The notes under the pieces were generated by a model. It made no database searches. It was not told where the DNA came from and saw nothing but the letters and a program-made list of their open reading frames with translations. Positions 25,701-40,000 of a stretch of DNA of 64,000 nt are shown here, in pieces. The stretch spans positions 49,726,001-49,790,000 of the forward strand of contig NW_024704743.1 of the NCBI RefSeq assembly GCF_018977255.1, read 5' to 3'. This DNA comes from Callorhinchus milii. Taxonomy: Eukaryota. A program made the position numbers and the translations under genes. Within the stretch, counting starts at the first letter, position 1. Each line of letters starts with the position of its first letter.

Positions 25701-27500
25701 TGACATCAGCCAAAACATTTGTAAACATATTTGAAGTAAATTTCAAATGATCAATGTACCGAATCAATTTCAAACAATTTTTTAGTTACACTAGGACAAC
25801 ACATATAGCTTCTGAAATAGATTTTTAAATGCAATGTTCAGTGAAGAAATATAGTTTTTTTCAGAGTGCACTTGGTAAATAAGCCGCGTTTGCCTACAAA
25901 TGCACAGTCACTCCATTTCATAGTAAATCATGTGAAGCACTTTGAGACATCCTTCCGATGTGATACCAAATGCAAGGATTATTATTATTATCCTTTAGGA
26001 ATTTAAAACGTGGAAAATGTCTTCACTTTCCATAAAAAGTTCATTTTTAAAAAACAAATGGGTTTGTTAGTCATATGTTGAGCCGATATTAATTTAAAGT
26101 TCTAAAGATTTCAGTAGCATTCAGTCATCACGTGCCTACCTGTAGAAAAATGCCTTCTGGCAAGTCAGGGTAAGAGCAGCACTGGACAGGCCTTGAAGCA
26201 TTTTGTGCATTGATTAATTTTCCCCTCCTTCTTTGTGCCAAGAAGAATGGAAGGGATAAAATCACAGAGAAAAAATACAAAGTACAATAAACCTTAGCTT
26301 AACATGCATTTTTTAGTTGCTCTTGAAACTTATTATTACGTGAGTCTGTTGAATCTCGTCAATTTACAATACTGCATATACCTTTAGTTTCTGTCAGGCA
26401 ATAATTGGAGCTTCCTTCACAAAGATATAAACTTGCTCAATATAAACCTGATGTGACTCGGTTATTCCATTTCCCAGGGACTGGGTTTCAAGACCAGGAG
26501 AAAACAATGCTTCTTTGAGAGGTAGAATGAACGATGGATGAATATTTTATTTTAGGATAAAGAGGCATTTTCACCTTGCTGAGGTGGTGTACATATATGT
26601 AGCACTGAGATAATAACCTAGTGAAGGCAGATTCAAGCGGTATTTGGCAAGTTTTTCAAAGGATAGTCAAAGATTTATTCCTGTGAGATTTTGTTAAACT
26701 TGCAGCTTCCATCTACCAAATGATCAATATTATTTTAATATATCCTAAAATATGAATACTTGGTCTACCCTTGTGCTTAGCCGTCATCACTGAATTTGCT
26801 ACACTGAGCAAATGGCAAATAGCCTTGTGTGAGTTGAATAGATACACACTTAATGGCAGCCGCTCCAAAATCCACTGTGTGGTACAAGTATATTATGATG
26901 ACAAATATTTGTGTTGATGTGAGATGCATTGTATTTTCCATCTGTGCTTCGGTAGTCCTGATTGATGGTTGCTATGGAAACCTCCAAGAATGCTGTCACC
27001 AAATGTACTCCTTGAATAATATAACCTGTGTAAAATGGGATTGTTGCTGTGACATGCAGCAATCTTTGATCATTGAGGCACCTCATCTGAAGGTGCAGAA
27101 GGGTCTTGCACATCTACTCAGAGCAAAGATACATTCACACTTTGAGAATGTTAGGAGTCAATAAACTTGCACAGAAAATTTAACAGAGTGAATGTTACGT
27201 ATTCATGCTGAATCAAATGATAGAGGCACCACATCTTCTCTAATCTTATTACATGTCATTGCAATGTGCTTGACGAGTGCAAAAACAATTTATTTAGTCT
27301 CTCACTTATACATGAAGGGATCGATTGAGAGATACTTTACTGGCAGTCCAGAGCTGACCCCTGGTGGCAGAAGCAGTGGTGACTATCTAAGTAAATGGTA
27401 TGGTGTGGTGTGGGGGTCAAGTTTCCTGCAGTGCATGAATTATTTTTTTTCATGGAATAACAACAAATAATTTTTTTAAAAAGTAAAGTACATACAAACT

Positions 27501-27506
27501 TTTAAT
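27501..27506 (-). promoter_or_regulatory. Candidate proximal ADCY2 polyadenylation signal (ATTAAA)
   Basis: About 440 nt past the stop codon, with upstream TGTA elements and a downstream GT/T-rich tract on the minus strand. Other AATAAA hexamers exist (e.g. 27585-27590). Confidence 0.3.
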
Positions 27507-27939
27507 GAATAAATTATTACAAAAACAATGGCATTTTAAATGCAAGACACACTTGTAAAAACCGGTCCTTGTAAATAATGTTTTTTTATTATTTGCTCAC
27601 TCAATGCAAACGGGGGTGAAAGATTCCTCATGTCACTAAGTATGGAACAGGCACTAACACCCAGCATATTGGACCCTATTACTGAGATATTGGCAATGTT
27701 CCTATACTTTGCGACTTGTGAAATTTTTCAGGTCAAGCTCTCCACCACACGTGTAAGTGTTCTTAATTTTGAAGAGTTTAGATATAAGTAGGTGTAAATA
27801 TCCCAAACATATTCAATGTTGCGTGCATCTAAGAACAGAATCAATCTATGTACATACAATGTAGTAATTGTTTCCAATTGCTCTTTCAGGAGTATCCTGT
27901 TACTCAACATTTCATTATTGATATTGCACTTTCCATTTT

Positions 27940-28092
27940 TCAGGTTGCCAGATTTCCTTGGGAAAGCGATCGAGTTATTTCTGTATTTACAAAATATGTT
28001 GTCAGCTTGCCTTTCCCTTTGACATTTATTATTCCCCTGCATGTGCAGTTGTATCCCAGTGTTTGCAGAACGTTACTGGTTTCTTCTGTGAC
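27940..28092 (-). CDS. ADCY2: ADCY2 terminal coding exon [50 protein letters not shown]
   Basis: 153 nt, tttcctAG acceptor, TGA at 27942-27940. Confidence 0.95.
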   Translation of the reverse strand, partial: VTEETSNVLQTLGYNCTCRGIINVKGKGKLTTYFVNTEITRSLSQGNLAT

Positions 28093-31000
28093 CTAGGAAA
28101 GATATGAAAAGAGAACAAAAAGGAAGTTGCTGTTATTACATTAGTTTATTTTTGTGCATACAATGCACCATTGCTACTTTTTGCTGAGGTTTCAGTCTCC
28201 AGGCTGAATATATCATGAAGTTTCTCAAACTCAAATCCTATCATGGATTATACATACTTTATGAATAAATATGGAATGGGGGAGTTGTCTTACCAGCAAT
28301 CATTAGGGTCTTTACTGTACCCATATATTTGTGTGTGCTGTATACTGATACAATATCAGCCTGGTGTCAACCCGACTCAGTGGTAGAACTTTCGCTTCTG
28401 AATCAGAAAGTTGTGGACTCAAGCCCCACATTAGGACTTGGAATCATATATTCTAAGCTGAAACTCTAATTCAGTGCTGGGCCTGTTGATTTTTGGAGGT
28501 GCTAGACTTTGGATGAGATGTTAAACAGGTCCCATTTGCCTGTGCAAATGGATATTAAAGATCTCATAGCACCATTCAAACAGAGAAGGAAGTTAATTTC
28601 TCCCACTGTCCTGACCAACATTCCCCCCTAATAAAATTAGTCATTGACTTCATGCCTGTTTGTGGGACACTGCTCTGCGCAAATTGGTGGCTGCCTTTCG
28701 CCCACAAATTCACAGTCAATCCACTTTACAGTATATCCTGTGAGGAGCTTTGAAAGGGCTTGATGATGTGATAAGGCGTTATATCAAATGCAAGGAATAT
28801 TATTATAATAATATAGGTGTGACATTTAAATCATTTTAAAACAAATTCTTGACAGTCATGGCTCATGACAAGCCAGCTGTGCTGAACACTGGATTGCCTA
28901 GTTTGTGGATTGTGGGACTCGAGCGCTGGTTAGCAGGATATCAACTTCACTTTGAATTTTTTGTTTAGTTGTGGTAAATATCAAAAGTCACTAAACTGAT
29001 TTCTGTGTTAATTACCACATTACAACAATGCAACATTTAAGAACATAAGAATTGCTAGACGAAAGAAGACCAAGTCCATCCAATTCGCCTTCCACAATCC
29101 ATGCACATGTCATGTTTCAAACTATACCCTGTATCCCATGATATTATTTCCTAAAATAAATAAATAAATTCCACCGTCTGTTTAGGGAGTAAAACTGATT
29201 TCAGGAGCAAAGCACATTATTTTGTTCAAAGTCCTGCCATCAGCAGCTGTTTGCTGTACTGTGGACCTGCTTATCTCAGGAACAGGATTATCAATAATGC
29301 ACACAGGGTTGAGTCAATTCTGACATTCTGTTGCCAAGCACATTACCTCATTACCTTGGAACAAGCTCAGCTCCAAGAAAACCCTCCCCCAAGAAGTTGC
29401 TTTGAGTTAATTATTTTAGCTCTCATTATTTACTGCAGGGTTGAAATCCAGATGCTTTTGGCCATTGCAACCTAAAGTGAACTTGTGTCTCTGGTAATTT
29501 CTAATAGAAACACATTTTTTTTTAGATTTCTCACAAGGGTATCTGCTATATTTCCATCGTAGTCCTGCCAATAGCTAGCTGTGTTCTGTAAATAGACTAC
29601 TAGCAGAAAAGTGCACAATTTGTTTTTGCAATTCAGCAAATCCTTGTAAATAACAATTTCAAATTGTCTGGTTACAACCCTTTTTGTAATCTCTCTCTAG
29701 CTCCCCTTCTAAAACTGGAGTCCTTCGTATTTTGCAATTGGAAATATTTGCTCCACTAAATATTCAGTTATAAAGATACCACTTCAATGAAGATCTATTT
29801 GTGACAGAAGTTCTAAGTGACTTATAGTGTGACCATGAAGCTGATTCTATGATCAACTGTAATTTAACAACCTTGGCACTTTATTCTCTGCTCATCAGTC
29901 AATGTATGACCTTGATGATATATGAGTTTATTGTGGGATTCACCAATAAGGTCAATAAATTTACCAGTCAGTGGAGAAGAAGAACTCTTCTGCAAGGTTG
30001 GCAAATTTGACAATGATTTGGCCCTTAGAGGTTGAAGAATGTTGCAGAATGAATCTGGGTGAGATTACCTGTATTTTGCCAAGGACTCCTGTGCTGTCCA
30101 TTCTGCTGGCCACATTAACTGCGTTTCCCCAGATATCATACTGTGGTTTCTGAGCTCCAATTACTCCAGCAATGACAGGACCGTGGTTAATACCTAACAG
30201 AAATTGAATGATCATTGTGCAAACAAAGACAGTGGGTTTTATTCTGCTCTGTACACTTCCTTTAGAAAATTCAACGATGTGAGTTAGACCGACTGTATTT
30301 TGCTCCATTCCATATGTTTGGTGAAATTGCTCCACTGTTCTTATAAATGAATATAATGCAATTCGAACAGTTTAGTTCAAAATTACATTCAGTTCATGAT
30401 ATTTATAATTGAAAATGTTATTACATTTATTTTGCAAACATAAAATTGTTGCATGGAACACAGTAAAACAAAGAAAGCCCAGGATTTCTTTCCTCACTGT
30501 TATTCTTGCTTAGAGAAAATTCTGAAATAGTTATCATTTAGGACACCGTTGAAGATTGCAGTGATCAATTTTATTGCTTGTTTTGACATCTTGGCCAATT
30601 GTGTAGATTATTAACAATAAATAATCAAACGCTGAGCTCTTGTGAGACTCCAGTTTCACATTATGCCTTTCACAAACACTTTGTTTTTTACGTTTTAACC
30701 CCTTCTTATCCACTATAACATTACTGTGTTTTGTATTGCAATTAAAAAAGCTTTCAAGTGTAACTGTATCTCATGCTTTCTGAAGGTCTGAAGTACCATT
30801 TTGCAGAGAGCAGTGTTTTTACTTATTTTGCAGAGTCGATTTGTTTTAACTTTATCTGCAACATTCTTAAAGAGGTCAAGGAGGTTTTCTCAGCCATGAA
30901 ACTATTTTATGAGGAAATGCCTCCTGCACACCCAGGTGATTCGTCAGCAATATTTTTTAAAAGAACTCTCAATTCACCCTGCAAAGTAGATCCCAATATG

Positions 31001-34000
31001 ACTAACGAATTATTGAATTTGACATAGTCTGAAGAAAGACTAATGTAACATTCAAATTAACTTCCACATGGTTTTTCCTCCTTCATAGTAATACTCCCCA
31101 TACATTGCCTACGTGTGGTAACTATACACAGAGTATCACCCCAAAAGAGTACTTTAACCAAAAATTCCCAAGAAAGTAATTGAGTGATCGCACATACCGA
31201 TACGCAGTTTGAAGTCATTAAAAGAATGTCTGTTGATAACATCGAGTTTTGCCATGAGTGCGAAGCCAAATTCCAACATGGTTCCAATGTGCGTGTACTG
31301 TCTATCAGGCTCCTGCAAGTCAAGAGAAGCATTGAAATAGATCAGATTGTATGCTAGTGATGCAAACCATGATCCACAGACCAAAACTATGACACACAAA
31401 GCCATTGCTAGGAAGAGTTTTAGTGTGTATCTGTATGTGTGTTTGAATGGGGGTGGGGGGGCTCAGAGGAAGAAACTATAAATCATGCTCAAAGATGCCA
31501 AATAAATATTTTATTGAGATATATGGATTAATGATCTGGCCGATCAAAGAACAAGTGTTCAATCAGAAATATAATCTGCTGCATGAAATGACACATTAAA
31601 AGATCCGTCAAATGACATTGGATCAGATTATTCAGAAACGCAGAGTTAAGGATCGTTTAATATCAATAATCCTTACATTTGATTCAACACCTTTTCAGAT
31701 TGGGAGGATGTCTCAAAATATTTTACAGGGTATAGAATTGCAGTGACTGTGTGTTTCGTGGGTGAATACAGCAGCCAATTTGTGCACAGCAATGTCCCAC
31801 AAACAACCATGAAGTGAATGATCAGGATCCTGGAGAAAACCCATCCTTTTTTTGAATACTGCTATGGGATCTTTAATGTCCACCTCAAGAACAGATGGTC
31901 CTTAATTTAATGTCTTATTCAAAGGATGGCATCTCCAAAATTGCAGCACAAACTCGACACTGCATTGGAGTGTCAGCCTAGACTATATGAATTCAAAGTC
32001 CCAATGTGGGACTTAAATAATATAAACAAAAACAACAACAAAATTACATTTATAGAGCGCCTTTCATGTCGGGAGGACGTCCCAAGGTTTTCAGTGCTGT
32101 ACAAGTGCTAGTTAGCATTTTATTGGAAAGATAGTATTTATATTCTTAATGAGTCAATTCACTTTACAGTATATTCTGTGAGACAATAAGACACAAGATC
32201 AAATACAAAGAGTTCCCTTGGGTTGAGGGGAATTCTAATGGGATTCCTTAAGTACGGAGATTATACTGCATGAACAAAGCTTGACTTTCAGAAATAAAAG
32301 TAGCTGTTGGAAAGATTCCACAATATTAAAACTTCTAGAATCCCTTTTGATTTGTGCGGTGAAGTAATGTTTAAGTGATGAAGACAGGCGCTGTCAAGTT
32401 CTTGGAGGATTCCTACAGGAAGCACATTAGCTGCTGCTTGATTGATTGGCTTGTCTGCATTTTCATGAGGCTGTCCTGGATGAGACAATGGTCTGGACTT
32501 TTGAATAGTTTGGGGAATTATCTCTAAAGCTAGTATTCCAGACAGTGTGTGTAAAGAAAAACATACTCCTACCTCTAGAATATGCACTGGGAGCTGAAAA
32601 AGAGAAGAAAAAAGAAATTAGGAGGCTCAAACTTCAGTTTCATAAGAATGAGTTAGAGAAGGTAAGGGGGTATAGATTAGTTCTAGAAAATAAAGTTAGA
32701 TCATTGAAGACAAGAAAATAAGAAAAAAAATATAAAAGTGCTTAATTTTTTAATTTGACATTGCGTTTTCAATATTTGGTTTAGTTATTTTAGGTTAACA
32801 ACATAGTCACAAAGCTTTGGTGTAATATTACTGTTGTTATCAGTGCATAACTTAAGCAGATACAGAATTGCTTGTCCCAGGGGGTCAGGGATTTCTGCAG
32901 AACCTCAAGCAGTCTTGGGTTAAAATGTAAAGAAGGTGATCTCATTGAATTATCTATATACTTGTGGAGAGAAATATTAGCTTCTCATTCTGGTCCTTCT
33001 CGTTGGTATAATTTAGCAAACCAATTTACAGTATATTGGTATACTTCTCATTGGTATAACTTAGGATTTTTTGTTTTGGGGTTTTGCTTTGTGCTGGGAT
33101 TTGCATCTATCGACCAAATCTTCCATGATTTTGCAGATTTTCCAGATTCCTCTTTATAAGATTCACCTCTGCGAATTTAAGAAACAATATCCTTGCGCCA
33201 TTTAATGGAGACTCTTTACAAACAAAGTCAGAAAAATGACAAACAGAGAAACAAATAAATCCACAGAGCTTCATCCCTGTTCGGTGAGCCAATGTGGAGT
33301 ATTAAACTCTCCTTCTCCTGGATGAGTTATATCATCTGGATGTAATTGAGATCCCAGGGTAACTACTGAGATAAATCGCCCCCGAGAGCACTTCTTGCTA
33401 TGACATAAAATTATGTTAAAGATTGAACTGAGTGTATCGGTGACATGACCTTGTCAGTCTTTACAACTCTGTATCTCAGTATGCTTCAAAATTGGTCTCT
33501 GGGGATGGTTTTGAGATAATCGAAGCCCATTTTTTTGTGGATGACATTTTCAATGCAACTCCTAACTCCAATATGGACAGTGGGACCCAAGAGATTCAGG
33601 AAGGAAGGCAAACACAGAATTAAAAATAAAATAAAATGTAGAGAAAGCTAGATAAGGTTCTATTTGTCAAGTTATTATTATGGTAATATAATAGCTGCTC
33701 ACAATCTAGGCAGCTTCATTATTGTAATATGATTATTTATCTCAGCATTACAATGCAGAAGCTGAAACTTTATATAAAGATGGCCAGCACACGAACTTAT
33801 GTTTCCCAGAACCTGCTGACAGGCTAAAGATAAAGCATTGACTTGAAATGGGAAGGGGAGGGAATCTACCTCTGATGCATTCAAAAAATGTGAATCAACA
33901 ATGATATAAACAGAACACTGAGCCAGGACATCTAAAATGTGTGGAGTCCTGTAGCATATTGGTTAGAGCACTCAACAATGTGATAAGGTGCTATATCAAA

Positions 34001-37000
34001 CACAATGATTATTATTATTACTAAAATACAAAGCCGTCTGTCTGCAGAAATACACAGTCACTACACTTTGCAGTGAATTTTATGAAGTGCTTTGAGACAA
34101 TCTCCCGATGTAAAAGATGATATATCCCGACGTGAAAGGCGCTATACTTGTAATCTTGTTGCTGTCGTTGTTGTATCAAAGGCAAGGATTATTATTATTT
34201 TATTATTAAATATAGGTTGGTTCAAGTCATAAGGATGCTATCAATAACTATCCTGTTATATTTAAATAGTTGAATGCTAAACTAATTCTGCACTTGGGAG
34301 ATTTCTACAACGTTTTGTGTTGAGGAATTCCAGAGAGTACTAATTCCATCAGTAGCAGAGGCCAGTTCTGCTCACCTTGAGGGGGGCAGAGGTGGGGGGG
34401 GAGTGAAATAAATCAGACGGCAAGACAGATATTAGCTGCTGACAGAGAGGCCTGGGTTCAGGTTGTTGTGTGCATACAAAATGGTGAAGTGATAACTGGC
34501 ATGAGGAGACCCACAGAAAGGAAAGAGTAATAAACATAAATGAAAATCAAACCATGCACTTTTACGAACAGATTAATGACCACCAGTAAAATCATTCAGT
34601 GCTTGTGAGGCAGAAAACATAACTGCAAGTTATTGGATATAACCTGTTGGGTTGCGCAATTCCTCTGTTAAGTATCCTGTTAATAACATGGTCACCGTTA
34701 ATTGCAGCCAGTGCTCTTTGTTGATGCAGCTTGCAGGAAAAAATGATTGCTGTGTGCCATTATATACAAAAAGCAGCCTTAGTGGAAATCATCTGTATTC
34801 ACAGTGCTGAACTGTCTTGAATAGTAGAATGTCATGCTCTGTTTAGCAATGAAGAGGTCGCTGTAGGGCAGGTTATGGTAGATTGCAATATTACAATTAT
34901 TCTTGGGCAGACTGAGCAAGCAGGAGAAACAACTCTTCACATATTTGCATTCCAGGACAATATAATAGTTAACTTTAATGGGTAATTGACATCAACTCAG
35001 GTCATTCATGTTTCAATGGTACAATTCAAATTTGCAATTCAAATTCCTCCTGTAATTGTCAGATTAATGCTTCCCTACAGATCCACAGCTCTTTTACACT
35101 GAAATTTAGACACCACTTGTTTCGTAAAATGGGTCAGGGACATTGTTGCATTACTATGGTAATACGGTTTCATGAGCAGCACAAAGCACTACATTCTGCA
35201 CTTGCTTGGTTAATAGAGGAAATTTGTGTTGTAAATTTAAACTAAAAGCCGTTTCTGCTGAAGTTGCTATACTGTACAGCAGGAGTTACAATTACCAGGC
35301 GTAAAGTAAAGTTAACTGTTTTGAGGACTATGAAAACATTTAGTAAATACTGTTTTAAATTAATGGAGGTTGGAAAAAACATTTCAATAGCAGAATTACA
35401 GCCTACATACTGCCTCTGGACATAAAGATCATTTTCTGTAGGAAGGCCCATGTACATCACATAAGACTCTGGCCCTGAGGTGATCTCAGTTCTCGCGGGA
35501 TAGTGTCATGTATGTGAGGTTTCCCGGCAAGAGATGCACAAGGCAATTTGTAGAAACTGCACATGTGATAGACAACAAAAGCCTGACACTGTTTTAGATG
35601 ATGTGGAAGTTAACTTGTCAAAGTGTTAGTGCACAACCTTGTCAATGTGATTAAAAGCTGGTTCCCAGTTTGTTGTTCATTTGTCAGATTCAACAATTTC
35701 TCTAGTTCATCAGCTCATTTCATAATTTGTAAACCACATTAGATTGTTTATTCTCTGTCTATCTAACTTCCTTAACCTTTCCTTGTTTCCTTAGTTCATC
35801 AGATGCGACATTAACTTCCTTGCTTGATCCTGCACCTTGTCAAAAGTGATAGATACCTTGTTTTAATTTGTATCTGTATAGACCACTATATTACCTAGAA
35901 GGATTTTTAAATATGAGCTAAGGCTGCTCAGAATGGCAATTCTAATGACAAGAGATTGTTAAGATCAATCTCTTTGACCTTTAATACAGGCCTTGCCAGT
36001 TCTGCAGTCCCCATGTCATTTTTTAAACCACAAATACTGACCTCACTAATAATATCACTGCCTAGTTAGGAACAATGACAGTGAATTTCCAGTGCTTGTT
36101 CCATTAATCTGTCAATGTCTTGGGGGTTTTTGTAGCTGTTCACAACTTCAACTGTGGCCCTCAGCAGAATTATTGCTCATAAGTCCCAGGCTTCGACTCA
36201 CAGTCTGCCTGGCTTTGCGGATGTTGTCTTAGCTGGGATTCAGTACATTTACCTCTCTGTTTTTTGGTCACCAGCAAACGAAGACAAAGGAATCCTAGCA
36301 AAATGGGCAATCTTTTTCATAAAGAAAACAAAATAACTATTGATTCAGGGCTATTAGAAAAGTTATTGTTCCTAGTGTACTTTTCTCTTCCTGTGCTTCT
36401 TCCCAGCCTATTCAGCCTCCACCTGGCAATGACCCTCAACGGATTCATTGAATTCAGCAGCTCACTGTGTAGCAGATCAGCAGTCCAGACCTACATCCAT
36501 TACTATGTGGTGCAGCAAGTTGCAACATTCTTGAGAGTGGCCCACGAGCAAGTCATCGGTTGGAAATGTGGCCCTTGGGAACCATTAGTGAGTATCATTA
36601 CTATAAAGAAATTCAATTTCCCAATTTTAGGCCCATTAAGGCCATAAACCATCCCAATAGCTTTCCGCACTGGATGTGTTTTAATGAAGGTCTGATATTT
36701 AACAGCGGTGGCTATTCAAACCTTCTCTAGAAAAAATAGGTACAAAGAATTATTTATTTGAAGATAAGAGAATGTGACCTACTTGGCTGTACTCTTGAAC
36801 TGTGGCAGCACTTAACCCAGTGGCTGCCATGTAGGTGCTTCCAATGGTTTTGATTTTTTCTACTCCACTGAATTTGGGCTTGGACAGCAACTGTAAGACA
36901 TAACATAGGCAATAATACTGTTTTGAAGGAAATACAGAAGAACTTTGTTCAAGAATTTTGTGCGAAGCACACAAAATACTGGGCAAATATCAATGTATTG

Positions 37001-40000
37001 ACACCATGGATATCCAAAAGTTTAACACACTTTTAACACAGAATGAAAATGAAAAGATTGGCAAATGCAATATCAGTTTGAGAATTTGACCATTGTTACA
37101 ATACACCATCAAGAACTGAAAGAGTGGCACAGAAAATTAGATAAGCCCAAAAAAGTGTTTGGGTGACACAAGCTTAGATTTTAAAAGTCTAGGAGTAAGG
37201 GCAATATTGGGGTGGGGTGGGTAAGGGGTTCCACAGCAGGAGGCCTGGGAAAAACTGGGTTACAATAGAAAACAGAGTAATTAGTTTATTTCAACACAGT
37301 GAGATTGCAGGGAGGGGGATAATGTATATTTAGAGCTTCAGAAGGAATGTTCGGCAGAACAATGTCCCTTGTAGTATCTTATATAACAAGCTCATACCTT
37401 CATGTATCTTGATTGTGCCCTATCGTGGCCAGACACTCCACAAAAATCGGGTCAAAATTTCTTAATTCCAGAAATGATAGCATCATTTAAATTATACAGA
37501 ATTGAAAACAGCTATTAGGACCTGTGCTAGATGTTTTCTTCACATGAGACACCTAGTCTAAGCCCACTCTTGCTCCACACTTCCCATACTCTTCTTTAAT
37601 ATTCCTAATTTTTATGCATCTGTATAGCACCCTTTTAAAAGAATTCATGCACTCTGCTTCAACAATAGTTGTGCCAGAAAACTCCCTTCCAAACACCTTA
37701 CTTCTATTTCTAAACTCCCCTTTAATTCTCTTTGAAATGATCTTAAATTTAGGCCCTTCAGTTACTAACTTGTCAAACTGTGGTAATAATCTGTTACTAA
37801 TTATCCTTGGTAATAGTGAGGACTTCTATCACATCACCTCATTTTGACAATGATAGATATTTATTTGGGGAGGACTTTTGCAGGGCTATGGGGGAGTGGG
37901 ATTGATTTGGATAACTCTTTTCAAAGAGCTGGCAAGACACGATGGGCCGAATGGCCTCCTTTTGTGCTGTATAATTCTATGATTCTATGAGGTTCAATTA
38001 AAATACAACTTCTTTTTTCTTACAGCCTTGTCTCTAAATTTGTCATTATCCCCAACTCTGCTGTAAAAATGCTATGTGTAAAGAACTGCGGAGTGTAGAA
38101 GGGACTCACATCATCAAAGTCAGCAATAATTTCATTCAGCAAACGTAGGCACTCCAAGCCTTCTTTATTCACATCTGACTCCGTATAAAACTCTTTGAAG
38201 TCTGGGATGGATGCAAACATGACACAGACACACTCGTATGACTGATGGTACAGGTCCTGTAAGGCAGAGATGAGACACCACATCAGGAATACACAGGTTT
38301 GGTGATATTCTACTGTAAGCTTCACTTTGTCCAGTCTTTACTTTTTTGCCAACAAACAGATACATATCAATTTCTGAAAGCACGAGGACCATGAAAATAC
38401 ATTAAAAGCTCACCATAAGCATAAAAATTGAGCAGATTATCTAATCAATGGTAAATTTATCAATCAGCAGACTCCCACCAATGTTGGTAAATTAACAGAT
38501 GATTGGAGAATCCTCCCAGATGAATTAGTTATTCACATCATTGCTTTGTATGGTTATGTGCTGGTGATATGCACACGTAACAGTCACTACAGATCAAAGC
38601 AACTCATTGTGCTTTGAGATGTTTTGACATGGTAAGATGCTCCTTCCTTTCTCAGAAGAAATAAAATACTGTAGAAAATGCTGGAAATGTTCAGCAGATT
38701 AATCAGAATCTGATTGATGAGAAAGACACATTAATATTTTTGGTGTAAAGTTGTTTCATTAGTCTATTTTGGTAACATGGCGCAATTCAAAAATAGAAGG
38801 GAGAATCTCTCAGTATCCTGGCCAACACTTCTGATAAAATTGATCATTTACTTCATGGATGTTTGTAGGTCATTGCCACCTGCAAATCGGCTGCCATGTT
38901 TGCGTTCACTTCTACATCTTACCCCATGACACACAAGATTAACTGCTCATTGGCGACACTGACACAATATCAGCTACAAATCTAGAACTGGACTTTGGTA
39001 CTCAATGAGGTTAAACAAGCCTTGGGCAAAACTGATTGAATAAATAATAATAATAATTTGTGCACTTCATTTAGCACCTTTCAAGTCAGGAGGACAGCTC
39101 AAAGTGCTTCATAGGATTTACTGTAAAATGGAGTAAATTGTGTATTTTGTAGATTAAATAAATTAAACAAGTGAAAGTGATAAATATTTCTAAAGATTAG
39201 CAGAGTGATTAACCTCCCTGCACAAGGGAGTCTATTATGTATGCTGAATAAAGGATGGTTATTAAAGCATCATGTGCAAACCATGTGTAAACTCACATGA
39301 ACAGAAGGAAATACAGGTTAATTCCTTAATTATATAGTTAACAACCAATAATTTCTATTGGTCATTATTACATAATTTAGGTATTCTGTCATTCATTCTG
39401 TATATGTGAGTTTCCACTTGGTTAACATAACTTATTTAATACTCCCAAATATACAATGAATGTCCATTAAAAACTCAATATATACAGTTTTTTGTTTCTT
39501 GGTTCTATGTATCACATATCTAAACTGAAGCAAAGAGACTGGGTTATAATAAAGTTGGCTCTGGAATCTAAAATAGTATGAAATACAGACAATTGGTATT
39601 AAGTCTCATTTGGTGACTATTTAGGTCTGTATGCATACAAACACTTTCAATTTAATTATATTATCTATGTCTATCTATGAATCTTAGAATGAGACACCTG
39701 ATGCAATCATTCACAGAATTTTCCTCTGGTATTGTGAAGCATTCCCGAGTTTTCAGCACCATCTACTGTATTGGTGCTGACAAGACATTTCTCAAAGAAC
39801 AGTGGTCTCTGGCTGCAAAAAGCTGTACATATAGAGCTTTCAATTCAAGATCGTATCACTACAACAACAAATTACATTTATTTAGCGCCTTTTATGTTGG
39901 AAGGACATCCCAAGGAACTGGACAGTTAAGGGTTTTCATTTAGTTTAAAATTTTTATACTAATTTTTTAAAAAAGGTTTACTAAGGGTGTTTTTTTACTT

